From NCBI GenBank assembly GCA_011109175.1, contig RDEW01000008.1, positions 629,954 through 693,953 of the forward strand: 64,000 bases of DNA, written 5' to 3'. The notes below the pieces were generated by a model. That model was not told where the DNA came from, made no database searches, and worked only from the letters and a program-made list of their open reading frames with translations. The first letter of the stretch is position 1; each line of letters begins with the position of its first letter. The position numbers and the translations under genes were made by a program. This document shows positions 38,230-51,304 of the stretch, piece after piece. The stretch is from Dicyema japonicum (Eukaryota > Animalia > Dicyemida).

Positions 38230-40850
38230 ATTAAACAACAACAAATCAGCTACCGAGAGACAGTGAGCATTGTCGCGAACGATGGCGAAGGAACTGAGAA
38301 AACCATCACGTTCACTGAGGTTTCTGAGTCACGTCTCGATTTCATTCCCAGTTTCATCTCCGAAATCTGAGTATTTCTTCAATTTCCTCTGCTCGTGAGT
38401 CGAAATTGTAGAAAATACATTGTGTAAAGCGGTAAATGGGTTGACCTTCATCATGTCCAAAGCCAGAGATCTTCCATGTGAAAATGGAAAAATTGTCATC
38501 CAATCTCTTCTTATTCCATGATCAAACCCACTAAGTTCCAACTCAGGAAGAAAACCAGCTGACACCAGTCCATTTTTGAAATTTCGTTGAGGGTGGTGTG
38601 TCTGGGATACCTCTCAACTCTCATTCGGCAGGAAAGAGGATGAATCCCTTCCTGTCAAACATAACCCAACAACGACACATGTGAAGTTCGTAAACATCGG
38701 ACCCGAAACCCAAGTCAATTCGGATAAGGAGACTTCCCTTGTGCAACAAGGTTCAGACGTTTGGGAGTGGTTAGGCGTTTAGCTAACATCTTTTGTCCTC
38801 TATGCAAGCTACCCGAAGACAAACGAAGTAGTACTGATTTAGGCCTATCTCCAGCTCCATGGGTGAAAACTTACAAGAAACATTATTCGCGGTTTCTGAT
38901 AGTTTATCCACTAGTCACTTCCACAGAGCTCTGATTTCGAAAAAAGACTCGTAAAACTGAGATTTCATAAAGTTACGTAAATCTTAGTCATAAGGAGTAA
39001 CTAGAATCACGACAAATATTCAAGAAATGCAACATTCGTCGTCGAGATAAGACTATCCATTGCAATCGGATGTTTCCGTTTTGAGGGTAAGGCAAGACGA
39101 AAGTTGTATAACACAGCGTCAGTGAAACACTGAACACTGAAAAAGAAATTTCAATTTATTTCAGTTAGATTTCAATTTGTTAGACCAGTCTGTCGTGATT
39201 ATCAGTTTGTCGTAAATAGTCCGAGAACCATAGGGAGAATAGTAGTAGATCAATGTTTATGAGCAGAATCGAACAGTGCCGATGAGTCAGACAAGGAAGG
39301 AGTGAATCGAGCCTGTTTAGTATCTAGATCAGGATTCTTCTCGTCTTCTGCATTTTTGAGATATATAATTGGTTCTCATCGGCAGGGAATATTTCTTTAC
39401 GGTGGTGGTAGGCTGGATATGATGGAAGAGGAAATTTACAGTGTCCGAAGATAGTCTCACAACGATAGCGCACAAACAGAAGCCTTTGTAACACAGTTGA
39501 GATGAAAAAAAACTTAAGCAGATTGTTCTCATGAGTAAAACAGCATGCATTTCTTCACCAGATGAGTAAAAATAGACGAATCGTATTGTCGTGAAAGCCA
39601 ATAGAGAATATGAAGGTCATCTATCTTTCACATAACACCATAGTTCGTAACTTGGACATCTTGATAACTTATTTTGTCGTGTATCGTGTGATGAAGGGAA
39701 AGCTCAATGTGGATTTTGATAGGTTTTAGAATCTTCCAGATTTGTTTTAACTATTGTGATGAAGGTATCTAATAATGTTCTACTTTCGTTTATTTTGTAA
39801 TCACATGTGCCGTGAAATGGAGATGTTAAATTGTCCTATAACTCTGGCCTTATTTATTTAACCCAAGACTACGGTAAAATCAAACTAATTATCACGTGAT
39901 CCCGATGCATTCTAACAGAGACCTCATCTTTTCCATATGTTCTTCTTTCGTACCCGCGCATGAACGTACAGGACGGCTGCCTGAATTTTCAAGGCCACCT
40001 TTCCGTGATTTGGAATCTAGTCTCATAAGGACATCCAGAGGCGTAGGTCCGATTCGGTGATCTTCACAAATCCAACGCTCCGTTACTCTACATGCCCTCT
40101 TTTGTATTTCCTCATATTTGTCCAAGATATGTACGGTCCCCACGAGGCGCATGCATATGAGAAACATGGCTCGATGTACTGTTTGTACACGTTCATCAAG
40201 ACTGGGTGAGTACCACTCTTCCATATTCCCGATAAACTTTTCAATACGTTCAGTTTCTTCTCGCCAGGTTAACAGTGTCGTATTTAGAGGCATTTCTCTT
40301 AATGATTGAATTGAGGTTCCCTTCTTTTAATCGGTCGGATGTGATTCGAGGACAAGAGGTGCAAGGAAGAGAAGGCGTATCCAGGCATCATCTTGAGTAT
40401 TGTCATCGACTGCCCTGTTGAAAGACAGGAGGCAGCTGTTAGAAGTGCCGATCTTGGGATTTTGAGTGGGATAATCATCTCCGACACAAGACGATTCAAA
40501 CGGCGTAGGCATTCATCCGTGTTAGATAGGTCCAGGGGAGGGCTCTCTCCTTCTGCCGATGTTCCCAAGGCATGAGGGGCATGACCAATTTGGCAGAGAT
40601 TGTGCGGTCCTTCTCGTTAGCATATGTCACCCAAAATGTCTAAAATTGGGGCAACGGGAATATTGAATGCCGAATTTCTTCTCGTTTGCTTTGCCACAGA
40701 TTAAACAGGGAAGAGACGTTCTGGAAACACGGTTAATTACGTCCGCTTTCAGTTATCTGTCGTTCGTTATGGCATTGAGGTGTTTGCAGATCTCATCTTC
40801 ATCTTGTTTCTGATTTTCCTTTTCTCTTAGACCACAACGACCACAAGGAG
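38230..40850 (-). mobile_element. Fragmented CRE-like retrotransposon with nested insertions
   Basis: The 5' UTR and N-terminus (40250-40850) are homologous to 58650-59195. The RLE 3' part (IFPFSHGRSLALD) lies at 38280-38800. Confidence 0.65.
39850..40230 (-). mobile_element. 5'-truncated LINE 3' end (LLECIGIT*)
   Basis: ORF end TERWICEDHRIGPTPLDVLMRL...GIT* is homologous to the family X 3' end, followed by a TAAA tail. Confidence 0.75.
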
Positions 40851-41042
40851 TGTGCAATTTATTAATATTGTTTTATTATCTGTTTGATGGATTGAAGCTA
40901 ATATAGGAAGGGAGCTTATATGTTAGTATATTCGATGATGTAAAGTTCGGTTTTGTAGATTGAAGGTTCCATCAATGTCTGAGGTGGGTAATAAACAAAT
41001 CCAAATTATTAATAAATAAAATGCCAAAAGTAAGAATTAGTA

Positions 41043-42162
41043 TTATGATTTAATAAAGGCAACACCTTTATCGATGTTCTTCATTAATTCAGCAATACCA
41101 GTTTCCAAACGAGTATTCTCAGAAGATGATAACTTGCCTATTCCCTTCACCTCCTCAATCCCCTCTGGCTATAATCATTATAACAATGACATACTCCAAA
41201 CAGAACAGGGGATGCAAAATAAGGAGCTTCAGTAACAGATGACTTGACGTAAGCACATTGAACATTACGTTCTCCAGCAAATCCTCGAAGAACATTATCA
41301 ACAAACTGGGCACCAGCATAAGCCATGGACAGAGTAGCCGATCCCTTTAAATAACACAAAATTGATACTCCTCCAGCCTTAGCATTAACTACTGCAGTCC
41401 CTGCCTCCTGAATTGACGTAACCAGTTCATTCTCTTGTTCCTAACAAATAAAACAGCAATAAACTTCAGTAAGGTTAGGTCTGGGGGTGGCCTGGGAAAG
41501 AAGGGGGATTATAGTATTGCCAGAATGTCCACATACACAATCACAGTGAACTGTCCTGGGGTCCCTATTCTACAAAATAACTCCATAGAATACCATAAGT
41601 CGTCCAATAAAAGTTTGTGCCCTCACAACATCAAGAGCAGTGACTCCACAAATTCTGGTGTCCCCCACCAATCCGTACTTTTTGAATACTTCAAATGCAA
41701 TGGGGACAGTTGAATTTACTGGGTTTGTTATTATCGCTATAAATGTGTTAGGACATGTTTCAGCACACGTGGTCACAATATCTCTGACTATAGAAGCATT
41801 CATTTTGAAGAGATCATCTCTAGTCATTCCAGGTTTTCTTGGGACTCCAGCAGGGATGACCACCAAATCACAGTCTGATAGACATTCTTTAAGTCTGTCT
41901 TGTCCAGTAAATCCAGACACAACAGATTGAGTGCTTATGTGAGATAAATCCATGGCAACTCCATCAACATTGACACGATCATATAATCTGAGAGACTTTA
42001 TTTGTTCGTTTGTTTTAAGTAGCAAAGACATTGGCTGTCCTATTCCCCCAGCACCCCCAACAACAGCTACATTGTATAATCTCTACAAATAATGTCCAAT
42101 ATAACATTAAATCCCTTATTAAATGTATTAATTGCCCGAATAACACCATTACTTAATACCAT
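41043..42162 (-). CDS. MDH2: Mitochondrial malate dehydrogenase
   Basis: Presequence, [68 protein letters not shown]. Introns of about 23-29 nt. Confidence 0.95.
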
Positions 42163-42624
42163 GCCGAATAAATTGCTATATTTATTTATTATTTTTATTA
42201 TATTAATAAATATTATATTCCTTTCAACTATTAATTATTGTTGGCTCCGTACAGTTTCCGTTTTCTCCATAGGTAACTATCACCTTGAAGATAAAACAAA
42301 CACCCCTAAACCGACGTAATCTGGCTGATATTTTGGTTAATACGTTTTTGTAAAAAACTGTGACCCCTCCCTTTTATAATAAAGAGAATCCGTTAAATGA
42401 GGTGATGAGGGAGTGCGTTCCGAGTATGAACAAAAGCAGTCCTAAATTATTCTCAAAATATCATGGGAGCTCATTCAATATTTAAATTTAATCATTCACT
42501 CATTAAAAAATCCACAAATTATTGATTGAAATTAGTTAAATTATTTTGGGAATTTTTATGTCCATTAATTGTTTTTTGTTATATCGAATTGTTTCTTCTC
42601 AGAAAATGTTTATCATCTTGATCT

Positions 42625-45600
42625 ATAATAATAATAACACCAGAGACCACGGTTACACAAACTAACAAATCATGTGATCCCAGCACGCTCTAGCAGGGAA
42701 CTCATCTTGGCCCGATGCTCCCCCCTCGACCCTATACAAGCACGTATCGGTCGAGTGACTGGACCTTCGCAGTCACGACGGCGTGTTCCATGGTTCATTC
42801 GTATCAAGGCTTAAAGAAGCATTGGTGGCTGGAACTCTCCAGAAATCCAGCGTTCCGTGATTTTGGAGGCCTTTATCCGGCTAGCCTCTATCTTCAAGAC
42901 ATTCGTCCAAGAGATGAATGAGCCTCATATACTACATGCATAAGAGATTCATGGTTCAATGAATTGTTTATATGCAGTGTTTAAAACAGAATGCTTTTCG
43001 ATCTTCCATAAGCCTGTGAGGCATTTCAGAACATTAGTTTTTTTTTCGCATTTCGTAATTACGTTTTCAACATGAGGAAATAATTTTAATTTAATTATTT
43101 TAATAACCCCGGGAACACCGAGAAAGAAAGACGAAAGAGTCAAACAGTTAGGTGATCCCAGTCCCCGCAATCAATTGTGCCATTTGACGTCTGTGATCTT
43201 CCATTGTCCCCACTACTTTCCGGAAGAGTCTTCTCTCGATCTTGCAGAGGAATCCGGTCCGGGAGGAATTTCCTATCCAATCGGTTTTCTCTTGCCATGG
43301 AAATGATCAGGCGAAGCGGGTTTCCATCTTCCTCACAGACGCGAAGAAATCCGGAACCACGACTACGGGTCTTAGCTTCCATGAGTAGTGGGTCGACTGT
43401 TGATCCATTACGTGGGCAAAGCATACTGATTGTTTTCTGGTGTATTGAGTTGACTCTGTGGACCATAGTCTCGGATAGCGCTAATCTCCATGCAACGGAG
43501 GCATACTCAACGGCTGGCGCGATTGTTTGTTGGTAGAGGGCAGAAAAAGAAAAGTCCATATTCCTCGAACTCCTCCGGACAAGGGCGCGTAAAACGTTAA
43601 TGTTCTGGAGGCCCCTGGTAATCATGTCTTTTGCGTGGGAGTTAAAATTGAGTAGACTGTCGTATTTCGTCTTCTGCATCGTCGAAGACCTCTCAATTTT
43701 AGAAGGATTGGATTGTGGTCACTGGAGAAGCCGTAAAAGACGTTCCAAGAAATGAGTCCAGCAGGGAAGGTGAGTATAGTGTTAAGTCGCGGGATGTGCA
43801 GCTATCAGTAATCCTTAATGGAGTCCTCGTATGTGTGTTAGGGTTGTTCAGTATAATCAGGTCAGGAAGATAATTTGCACTTAGTTCTCCTCAGTTATCA
43901 GAGGATTGGGAAGTGAGCCAAACTGGATGTCGTGCATTAAGATCCCCGCATAACAGTAGATTTTTCAATGTTGAAATGCGTGATAAATCAGGGGTGTAAG
44001 ATGGCGGACACGATCCTTGTGGAGGAATATATTAATTAGCCAAATGGATCCAAAAAACGAGAATAACTCGATTTTGACAGTAATCTGCTCCGAAGTCTTG
44101 TCGGTGCCAAGAAGCTCTGAGGTTCGTTGAGTTGTATCTATAAGGGAATATCGTTCTTTATAATAATAAGTAGTCCACCTCCGCGTCCTCCCTGACGATT
44201 TTTACGGATCACTGTGTATCCGGGAAAATAGGGTGTTGGTATAGAGGGAGATAGCTTGGACTCCTGTATTAAAGCGAGATCAGTATTAAAGGAGTACCCG
44301 GAGTTCAAAGATTTTCCTTCTGATCCCATTCGTATTCAGTTGTATAATTGTCAAATCTTTCCATGGCCCAGGATTGGTTTCGACGTCTCCACATAAAAGA
44401 ATCAGAAGTCTGGACAAATGGCGACACCAGATAGGGTCGAAGACACACGAGTTGAGGGGACCACCGGACGGTGGGGAGAAGCTGTTGGCTCTTTTCGTTC
44501 CTTTTTGGAATGGGTGACACCATTTCTGGTTAGCCACATGACACCACGTTAACAACATAGTTCCGAAAGTCAGATGGGTGAGAATGACATATGCATGTCA
44601 AAAGTTACCCCAAAGATCCTTTCAAATCCGGGAGAAAATTTTTGATTTTTGCAAGAATTTTTTTCGATGCCGAACACAATAACGTGACCGGTCTGTATGA
44701 AGCTGGCTCCTTCTTCACTTCACCGGGTTTCAAAATTGGACGTAGGTGGGCAAGCTTCCATAAGGCTGGAATATAATTTTTGTTAATGGAGTGGTTGAAT
44801 ATCCTTGGTAATGCAGCGATTCCATAGTCTCCCAGATTCTTTAGGAGGATCATTGGGATCTTATCCGGTCCGTTAAAGTAGGTTGTTTTAATGAGTCAAT
44901 GCATATCTTACGTCGTTTTCAGTGAAGTGAATCGTATCCGGTTCCTTTTTCGGTTTACTAAGATATTTAGGGGATACATCCGACTTCTTATGGTCTTTAT
45001 GGGATATTTTCACATAATATTTTATTAGGTTATTTAAGTCCTTTTGGCTGTAATCTACCTCGGATGATCTTTCATCATATCTTGAGGCCTCTCAAATGGT
45101 CTTCCAGATTTTAAGCAGTGGGTCTATTTCTATTCAATATAGAGAGCACATGTTTCCATCTCGATTTGTGTGCTTTTACCTCACTGTTTTTAGTTCATTT
45201 TTCAATGCCTTCAGTCTAAGCTTATTTTCAGTGGTTAATCGGGTAGACTTTTTGAGTTCGTTTCTTTCCTTCATTAATGTCGACCTGCCATGTCCCCTGG
45301 CGTAGTTAAGGTGATGTTTAGGTACAGATAGTGATCTCGCATCCAAGAAAATGCTGTTTACATAAGCGACTACTTTATCTATGGAAGTATCCAGATACTG
45401 CAGTAGTTGTCAGTAAGCGTACGGTAAAGTCTTCAGTCTGCGCGTTTGTAGTTAAATTGTTCTGGGGATCTTCTCCTAGTTAACTTTTCTCTCTTGATCT
45501 TCAAAAAGATAGCATTGTGGTCGCTTCTTGAAATGTAATTGACTGACAAGGTCGATATTGCCGCCAGTTCTGGAGACCAAAGCGTGATGTCTGGAAAAGT

Positions 45601-46320
45601 TAGTTGGTCTGACTCCCTGAAGGGGATTCTCGTATATTTTGACGGGTCATTCAAAGGTCCCGTCTGCGAAAGTAGTACTTTTCCTCTTGAATCAGATGTT
45701 TGACTTGCAAGCCATAGAGGGTGTTTTGCGTTGATATCCCCACCAATGATCATGTCGTTCAAGGAAGCGAAAATTGGGCATAGTGTATTGCTTCGGGCAA
45801 GAACCAGGTGGGAGGACATAGATGTTCACAAAGGTAATTTTTCCATTTGTGTTCCAAGTTAGACTTGACTTTAGTAGCATCTTCGTCTCCCAAGATATTC
45901 TTTGCTATTGAAGTCATGTCCACACATTTAAGGTCCTTCCGATATAAAATGAGTAGGCCACCACCCAACTTTTTCTTCCAGTCAGTCCGTATTGACTCGT
46001 ATCCAGGGAGCATTAGGGTGTGACTGTTTATAGGGAGTTTCGTTTCTTGAATCAAAGCCACGTAGATCTTCAGCTCCGCCAGGAGAGAGCGAAGTTCCAA
46101 TATTTTGCCCCTTACTCCATTAAAGTTTAGTTGTAGAACCGTGGTCAGTTTCTTGCGATGGGCTAGGGGTTCCTTCCGGATAGATAAAACTGAAAGCGCG
46201 TGTTACCGGGGAGACAGTTTCCGAGGAGGTACGTGTTTAATGGTTCTCCTTGAATAGACATTAGGTGCCCTCTGGGCGTTACCAATACTTACAGAATCGG
46301 TGAACTACATAACGCCACGC
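42625..46320 (-). mobile_element. APE-RT LINE 'family X', copy 2 (interrupted by a 2A-bearing LINE; RT core deleted)
   Basis: Collinear homology with 15901-19957 and the same 5' boundary. Ends LLERAGIT* and (TTA)n. Confidence 0.88.
43085..44560 (-). mobile_element. Internally deleted APE-type LINE with a canonical 2A peptide
   Basis: LLILLCGDVETNPGP, IIQLNTNGI, QESKL, GGGLLI, then EYASVAW...GIT*. Confidence 0.85.
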
Positions 46321-46639
46321 TAAATTTATAATAACTTAGTGGAATATATCAATCACCTAAAACCTTTAATAAAATGTACAAAAAATTGGAAAATGATACA
46401 AATTTATTCAATAATTAATTTAACCCTAACCTTAATAAAAAATTTATATTTTTCAAAAAATAAACTGCTATTTTGCTATTTTTTGGTATCACTATTTTTA
46501 TTTAAATTAAGTAAAATGTTATTATCCTAGATTAACACAGAAAACTCATTTTTATGTAAAAAATATTCATAATAGAACCTTTTAACCGAAAATTCAATTC
46601 TTTTATCATACGCGGATGATCTCGTGATTGCACCGAAAA

Positions 46640-46975
46640 ATTGAAGAGTCGAGGAAATGATAGAGACATTAAACTTGTTGGGTTTTTGGTTCTTGAAGAA
46701 CCGTCTAAAAGTATCACCAGGAAAGTCTCGTGTAACGACGTTTACCTCATCACGAAAGGAGATACGGGCAACGTCAGAAATAAATTATATGATTCCCCGA
46801 TACCCATTAAGAAGACCCTTTCAATGCTAGGAGTTACCATTTATCCCCTACTTTCATTCACTCATCAAGTGGACCTGGTAACTGCAGGATTCTCAAGGCT
46901 TTTACGTACTCCCAGTATCTTCCTTCCCATTGTGGAGTTTCTACATAAATAATTTATTCTACCGAGTTTCGAGTT
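46640..46975 (+). mobile_element. LINE RT C-terminal fragment
   Basis: YADDLV-like motif at the start, then IPIKKTLSMLGVT. Confidence 0.55.
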
Positions 46976-46989
46976 GCCTGTACTGCATG

Positions 46990-47312
46990 GGCCGGGTGGC
47001 ATAGTGGTTAGGTGTCGGGCTTAAGTAGCTTAGGCTACGGGTTCGAATCTCGCTGCTGTTCACCTGGTGGAAGGTTCCACGCATCTACGATGCAGAAAGG
47101 GTTTGACGAGTGACGCCGTCATCAGTGAATACTCACTGCGGAACTGGATTGTCTAGAAAGGACACTCACACAAGAAAAAGAAAAAAGAAGTGAAGATCAT
47201 TCCTTGGTTCTACGATTAGTTAAAATTAACTGTTCTTTACTTAAATAAAGTGTGTGTCCTGCCTATGCGGAGCTATAAATACTATGGCTCTCGTGAAAAG
47301 GCTTTATTATTA
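46990..47312 (+). mobile_element. tRNA-derived SINE, copy 2 (best preserved)
   Basis: A box TGGCATAGTGG, B box GGTTCGAATC, (TTA)n tail, 11-bp TSD TGTACTGCATG at 46979-46989 and 47313-47323. Confidence 0.92.
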
Positions 47313-47329
47313 TGTACTGCATGAATTGC

Positions 47330-47670
47330 TCTCCTATCATTATCAGCACAGAGTAAACTGGAAATATTACAAAACCGATGTCTTAGAATATTATTGAGAT
47401 CTTCAGGACACTAAACGTCTCCCAATCATAAAATACCTTACGAAACGCCACCGGGACTTCCTTAAGAAGGCAAAGTCTCCTGACTATCCCCTCAAGCCGG
47501 ACATCAAACTATATTTTGACGCCTGCCCGAGATAAAAGAAGAAACCTTCCCTGACTTCAAAACTAATCACAGGAGAAAGCCTGATGTTGACACTGGGATC
47601 ACTTAGCATGGATGATAACTTTTGTCCTTTTGTGATTCCGGGGTTAATAAAATAAATTAAATTAAGGCCT
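47330..47670 (+). mobile_element. LINE 3' end (DTGIT*)
   Basis: GGG ATC ACT TAG, then GTGATTCCGGGG and an A-rich tail. Confidence 0.7.
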
Positions 47671-47759
47671 TAATTTAATTTTTATTCATTTGATAATAAA
47701 ATTTCTTTTTGATAAAAAATAAAAAAATAAAATAAAATAAAATATAAAACCATTTTATG

Positions 47760-48520
47760 AAAACCCTACAAGGAGACCCAATATGTCCCATATTACAATT
47801 TATAAAGGAACTGAGACCTCAAAAGAGAATAGATGCTGTAACTTATGCGACGGATGTGGACCTTGTCTCGAAAAAAAGGAAAGCCCTCACCCAATTAATA
47901 GAGGTAATACCGTAAAGACTGTCTGCATCCCCAGAGCTTCAGATGTGGATTTTGTTGGTGGATATGAATGTTTGGTTGTTAGAGTCAGATTCACAGGAAA
48001 TTAATTTGGCTTAGTCGTGACCACAGATGTGTTCTGGTGAATTCACTTCTTAACAATAACATCTTCATTAGCTGTAATAAAAAATAAATGGTGATTAATA
48101 AATAAAATTATTCCAAAGACCAAGGGTAAAACCTAACTAACTCCATCCTGATGCGTTCCAGCAATTCCAGAACTTGTCTCCAGGTAACGAAATTGTCTCC
48201 CAGTGGAAAGAATAGTCCATGATCCCCTGAAACAAATAAAATAATATTTCAAAAACTTGCAAATTGTGCACTCTTGGACAATTCTTTAATAATTTTTCGT
48301 TTTAGTAAAAAATAGGAGTGCAAACATTCTTGCTGCAGTTTAAAAATTCCCAAATGGCTATTTTTATGGATATCCGCAATAGTTCGCATTTCAGACTCGT
48401 TATCCATGTAAATGACTAGTCTTTGGAGGTATAATCGACCATCAACGGCAATTAATGTTTCGGATTTTTTCATTAATTTTTATTTCGTCTGTCTTTAAGA
48501 TTTTTATAATATTTTTGACA
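47760..48520 (-). mobile_element. Degenerate Ginger-like integrase fragment
   Basis: DIHKNSHLG...C zinc-binding remnant in ORF 48249-48473. Confidence 0.35.
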
Positions 48521-48539
48521 AAACCTATTATCATATAAA

Positions 48540-50500
48540 GAGATAGACAATTCCATTTAGTTTAGTTCAAGCGTCGGATCCCATTAATTTTCTTCTCCAC
48601 AATGTATTTTACTGAAGCGAGAATCCTGTCCTTTTCTACACTCATGACATCACGCAGCTTTTTCCCCAAGGCTAACTTTACTGCTGACCTTCTCGACTTT
48701 TCCAGAAGTAACATTATTCTTTCCCTTAACAGGATAATCCTTATGAAGATAAACATGAATGTCTCCAAGCTAACGGAAAACTTGCATGTACAGAGAAGCA
48801 ACGCCTTCTTCCTTCTTCGTCTGAAATCTTCCATGAAAGAACCTTCCCGATCGATAACTATCCCGAGGTAGCGGAGTGAATGTACTCTCGGATGCCAAAG
48901 AATAAGGCTGTGCATGATGTCTCCGTAGGCGACTAGCCCTCAAGATGCTGGACTTCTAGGTAGAGAGTCTCATCCCTCTCTTTGAGCACCAATCCTGTAC
49001 TTGATCAGTGAACAACTTGATTCTTCTTTCTGATAATGTTGACTTCCCAGACGTATCCATAATCACTATATCGTCTGCGTATATTAACAATTGGTGTTTG
49101 CATCCGGCGGAATAGGGAAGTCTGACAAAAACACATTGAACAAAAGCGGGCTCAAAACAGAGTCCTGTGGAGCGCCCCTCTTCAATAGGATATCTATTTA
49201 CATATTTCCCTCCAACACGTACTCGGGAAGTCCGTTTTGTTAGGAAATCCTTTATCCATGTGAAGAGATTCTTTTGGATGTCAGCAGCCGCTAGCCTTGA
49301 TAGGAGGGCTTCATGCCACACGCTATCGAAAGCCTTGGACAGGTCCAAACACACCAGGTTGACTTGCCTCTTGAATTCCAGACCTCTCAGTACCATCGAA
49401 TGCATGTGGTGGATACAATCCGTGCAGGATTTCCCAGGTCTGAAGCCACATTGTTCCGCGAGGAGGAAACAGCTCTCTTCCATGTGCTCGTTTAGTCTCT
49501 TGAAGATAATTCTCTCAGCAATCTTGGAGATAGAGCAAATCAGGCTTGATCGGCCCTATAGTTAAGGGGGTCAATCCCTGACTTTCCTGGTTTAAGTATC
49601 ATCCTGACAATAAAGGTTTTCCAGCGTCTTGGGACATATCCATTATCAATGCTTGCGTTAAATAAGTTCTTTAGCACGAGCAACAAATCCTCTGGACCTT
49701 CCTTGAACATTCTCATGCTAATATTGTCATGTCCAGGAGCGTTAGCCTTGCATGCTCTAATGGCAACCACGAAGTCCTCTGTCGTTATCCTCATATTGGT
49801 ATCTTTGAGATCATCCGGAGAATAGGTAAGAAGTTCTTGTAACGCTTCCAACTCTTCCCTTGGGATCAGCTCCATTGGGTTGACTCCTGGATACAGTCTA
49901 GTTGCTTCTTAAAGATATCTGAGACTTCTTCCGCTGAACATGACCCACCTTCTGGCTTGTTCAAAGAGATTTTCATCTTTCTAGTTATTCTTTTGTAAAT
50001 CTTCCAGAACAAGGGGTCTTTGGTGTTTAGTGTGCTTGCCTCGACCTTCCAACATCGTTCTAGAGTCAGTCTTGTTCTCTCTTCAATGGCATTTTGATTA
50101 TCTTTAGTTGATCGGTCAATGTAATCCAGTCCATCCAGTCGACACATCTTCTGACTTTGGTCTTCAGTCGGTTTCTCTCTTCAATCAGAGTTAACGTGAA
50201 AAAAAGGAAATCAATGTTCTTCTTGCGCTCAGCACCGGACAGTCTCCGCTTGGCGTAAGTTGACAAGTATCGCTTCATAACAATTGAGAGGTCTCTGTCC
50301 ATGATATCAATATCACTTCGGGAATAAGGTCCCTCCTTCCAGTTTTTGAGGTTTCTAGAGATGTATCTTCTGTAGTGTTCCCAATTTATCGTTGAGAGGT
50401 CATATCCTGTGAACACTGACTCCGTAGTGTCCGGAGCCAGGTTCAGTGTCATCTCATGCGGGATGTGGTCGCTCCTGATGTCCCACATGGTTTTCTGGCC
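48540..50500 (-). mobile_element. Jockey-like LINE ORF2 (end of the endonuclease through RT)
   Basis: SDHIP, APGHDNI, QCGFRPGKS, LDLSKAFDSVWH, IYADDI, RYLGIVID. Confidence 0.9.
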
Positions 50501-50509
50501 TATAAATCG

Positions 50510-50950
50510 ATAAGGATGAAAAGAAAAAACTTACTTTACTGTAGAAGACGGAGTTAGAATATTCAAAAATTGTATTTTAGCAACGATTTACGCAGAATAA
50601 AGAAGTATCTAGTTAGTTAAAGCACATACCAGTAAACACTGTTTATGGTTTCGCTTGTCCCATGTTTTTAGATTATCCTTTCCGGTAGTCTTCTTCATCC
50701 TTTTCGCTTTCGTGCTCGTCTCATGATTTCGTAAAGATCTGGAATCTATATTTTCTGTTAATAAGTTTTTTCTATTACAAAAATGGAAAAACAACATACT
50801 TCTCGATGCATATACGACTATTTGAAAAAATTTCCTTCCACATCATTATCTATTCAGTAAAGAGTTTTATTATTGTAAAATTATTATCTAAATTCCCAAA
50901 TTTTTAACTGAAAACGTTTTGAGTTACATTATTCTTTTCTCGCGAAAAAA
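50510..50950 (+). mobile_element. hAT (CGGBP1-like family) 3' fragment
   Basis: Nucleotide homology to 55850-56030 (-) and 59905-60090 (+). Confidence 0.55.
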
Positions 50951-51304
50951 ATAAAATTGTTGTCTATTTAAGGTTCCTCATTTAAATAATTGTAAGAAGG
51001 GACAGTATGCTTTTTGATCATAAGTGATGCACAAATAAATAGAAGATACCTAATTTCTTTAATTGAAGTGTTGCACCCCCAAAAAAAACATGTCACAGGC
51101 ACACGTGGAAGCATAATTTTTTTTCGCATTTTTATAACATTTTTCCTGACTCTATTTGTTTTATTCAAATACAGTAAACCCTCATCCGAACTAAAAAATT
51201 TGGATGCCATTCGGATTGTGAAGGGAATAAATATATTAATTTCATTGTAGTTAATGTTTATGTTTTCATATATAATAATAATCTCTCCATTTTATTCAAT
51301 AAGT

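Noticed and set aside
39850-40850. Apparent CRE-LINE chimera
   Set aside because: The CRE 3' part lies downstream at 38280-38800 on the same strand, so nesting explains it.
46990-47065. tRNA gene
   Set aside because: A and B boxes are present, but there is no closed acceptor stem or clear anticodon arm. It continues into a repeated body with a tail and TSD, so it is a SINE.
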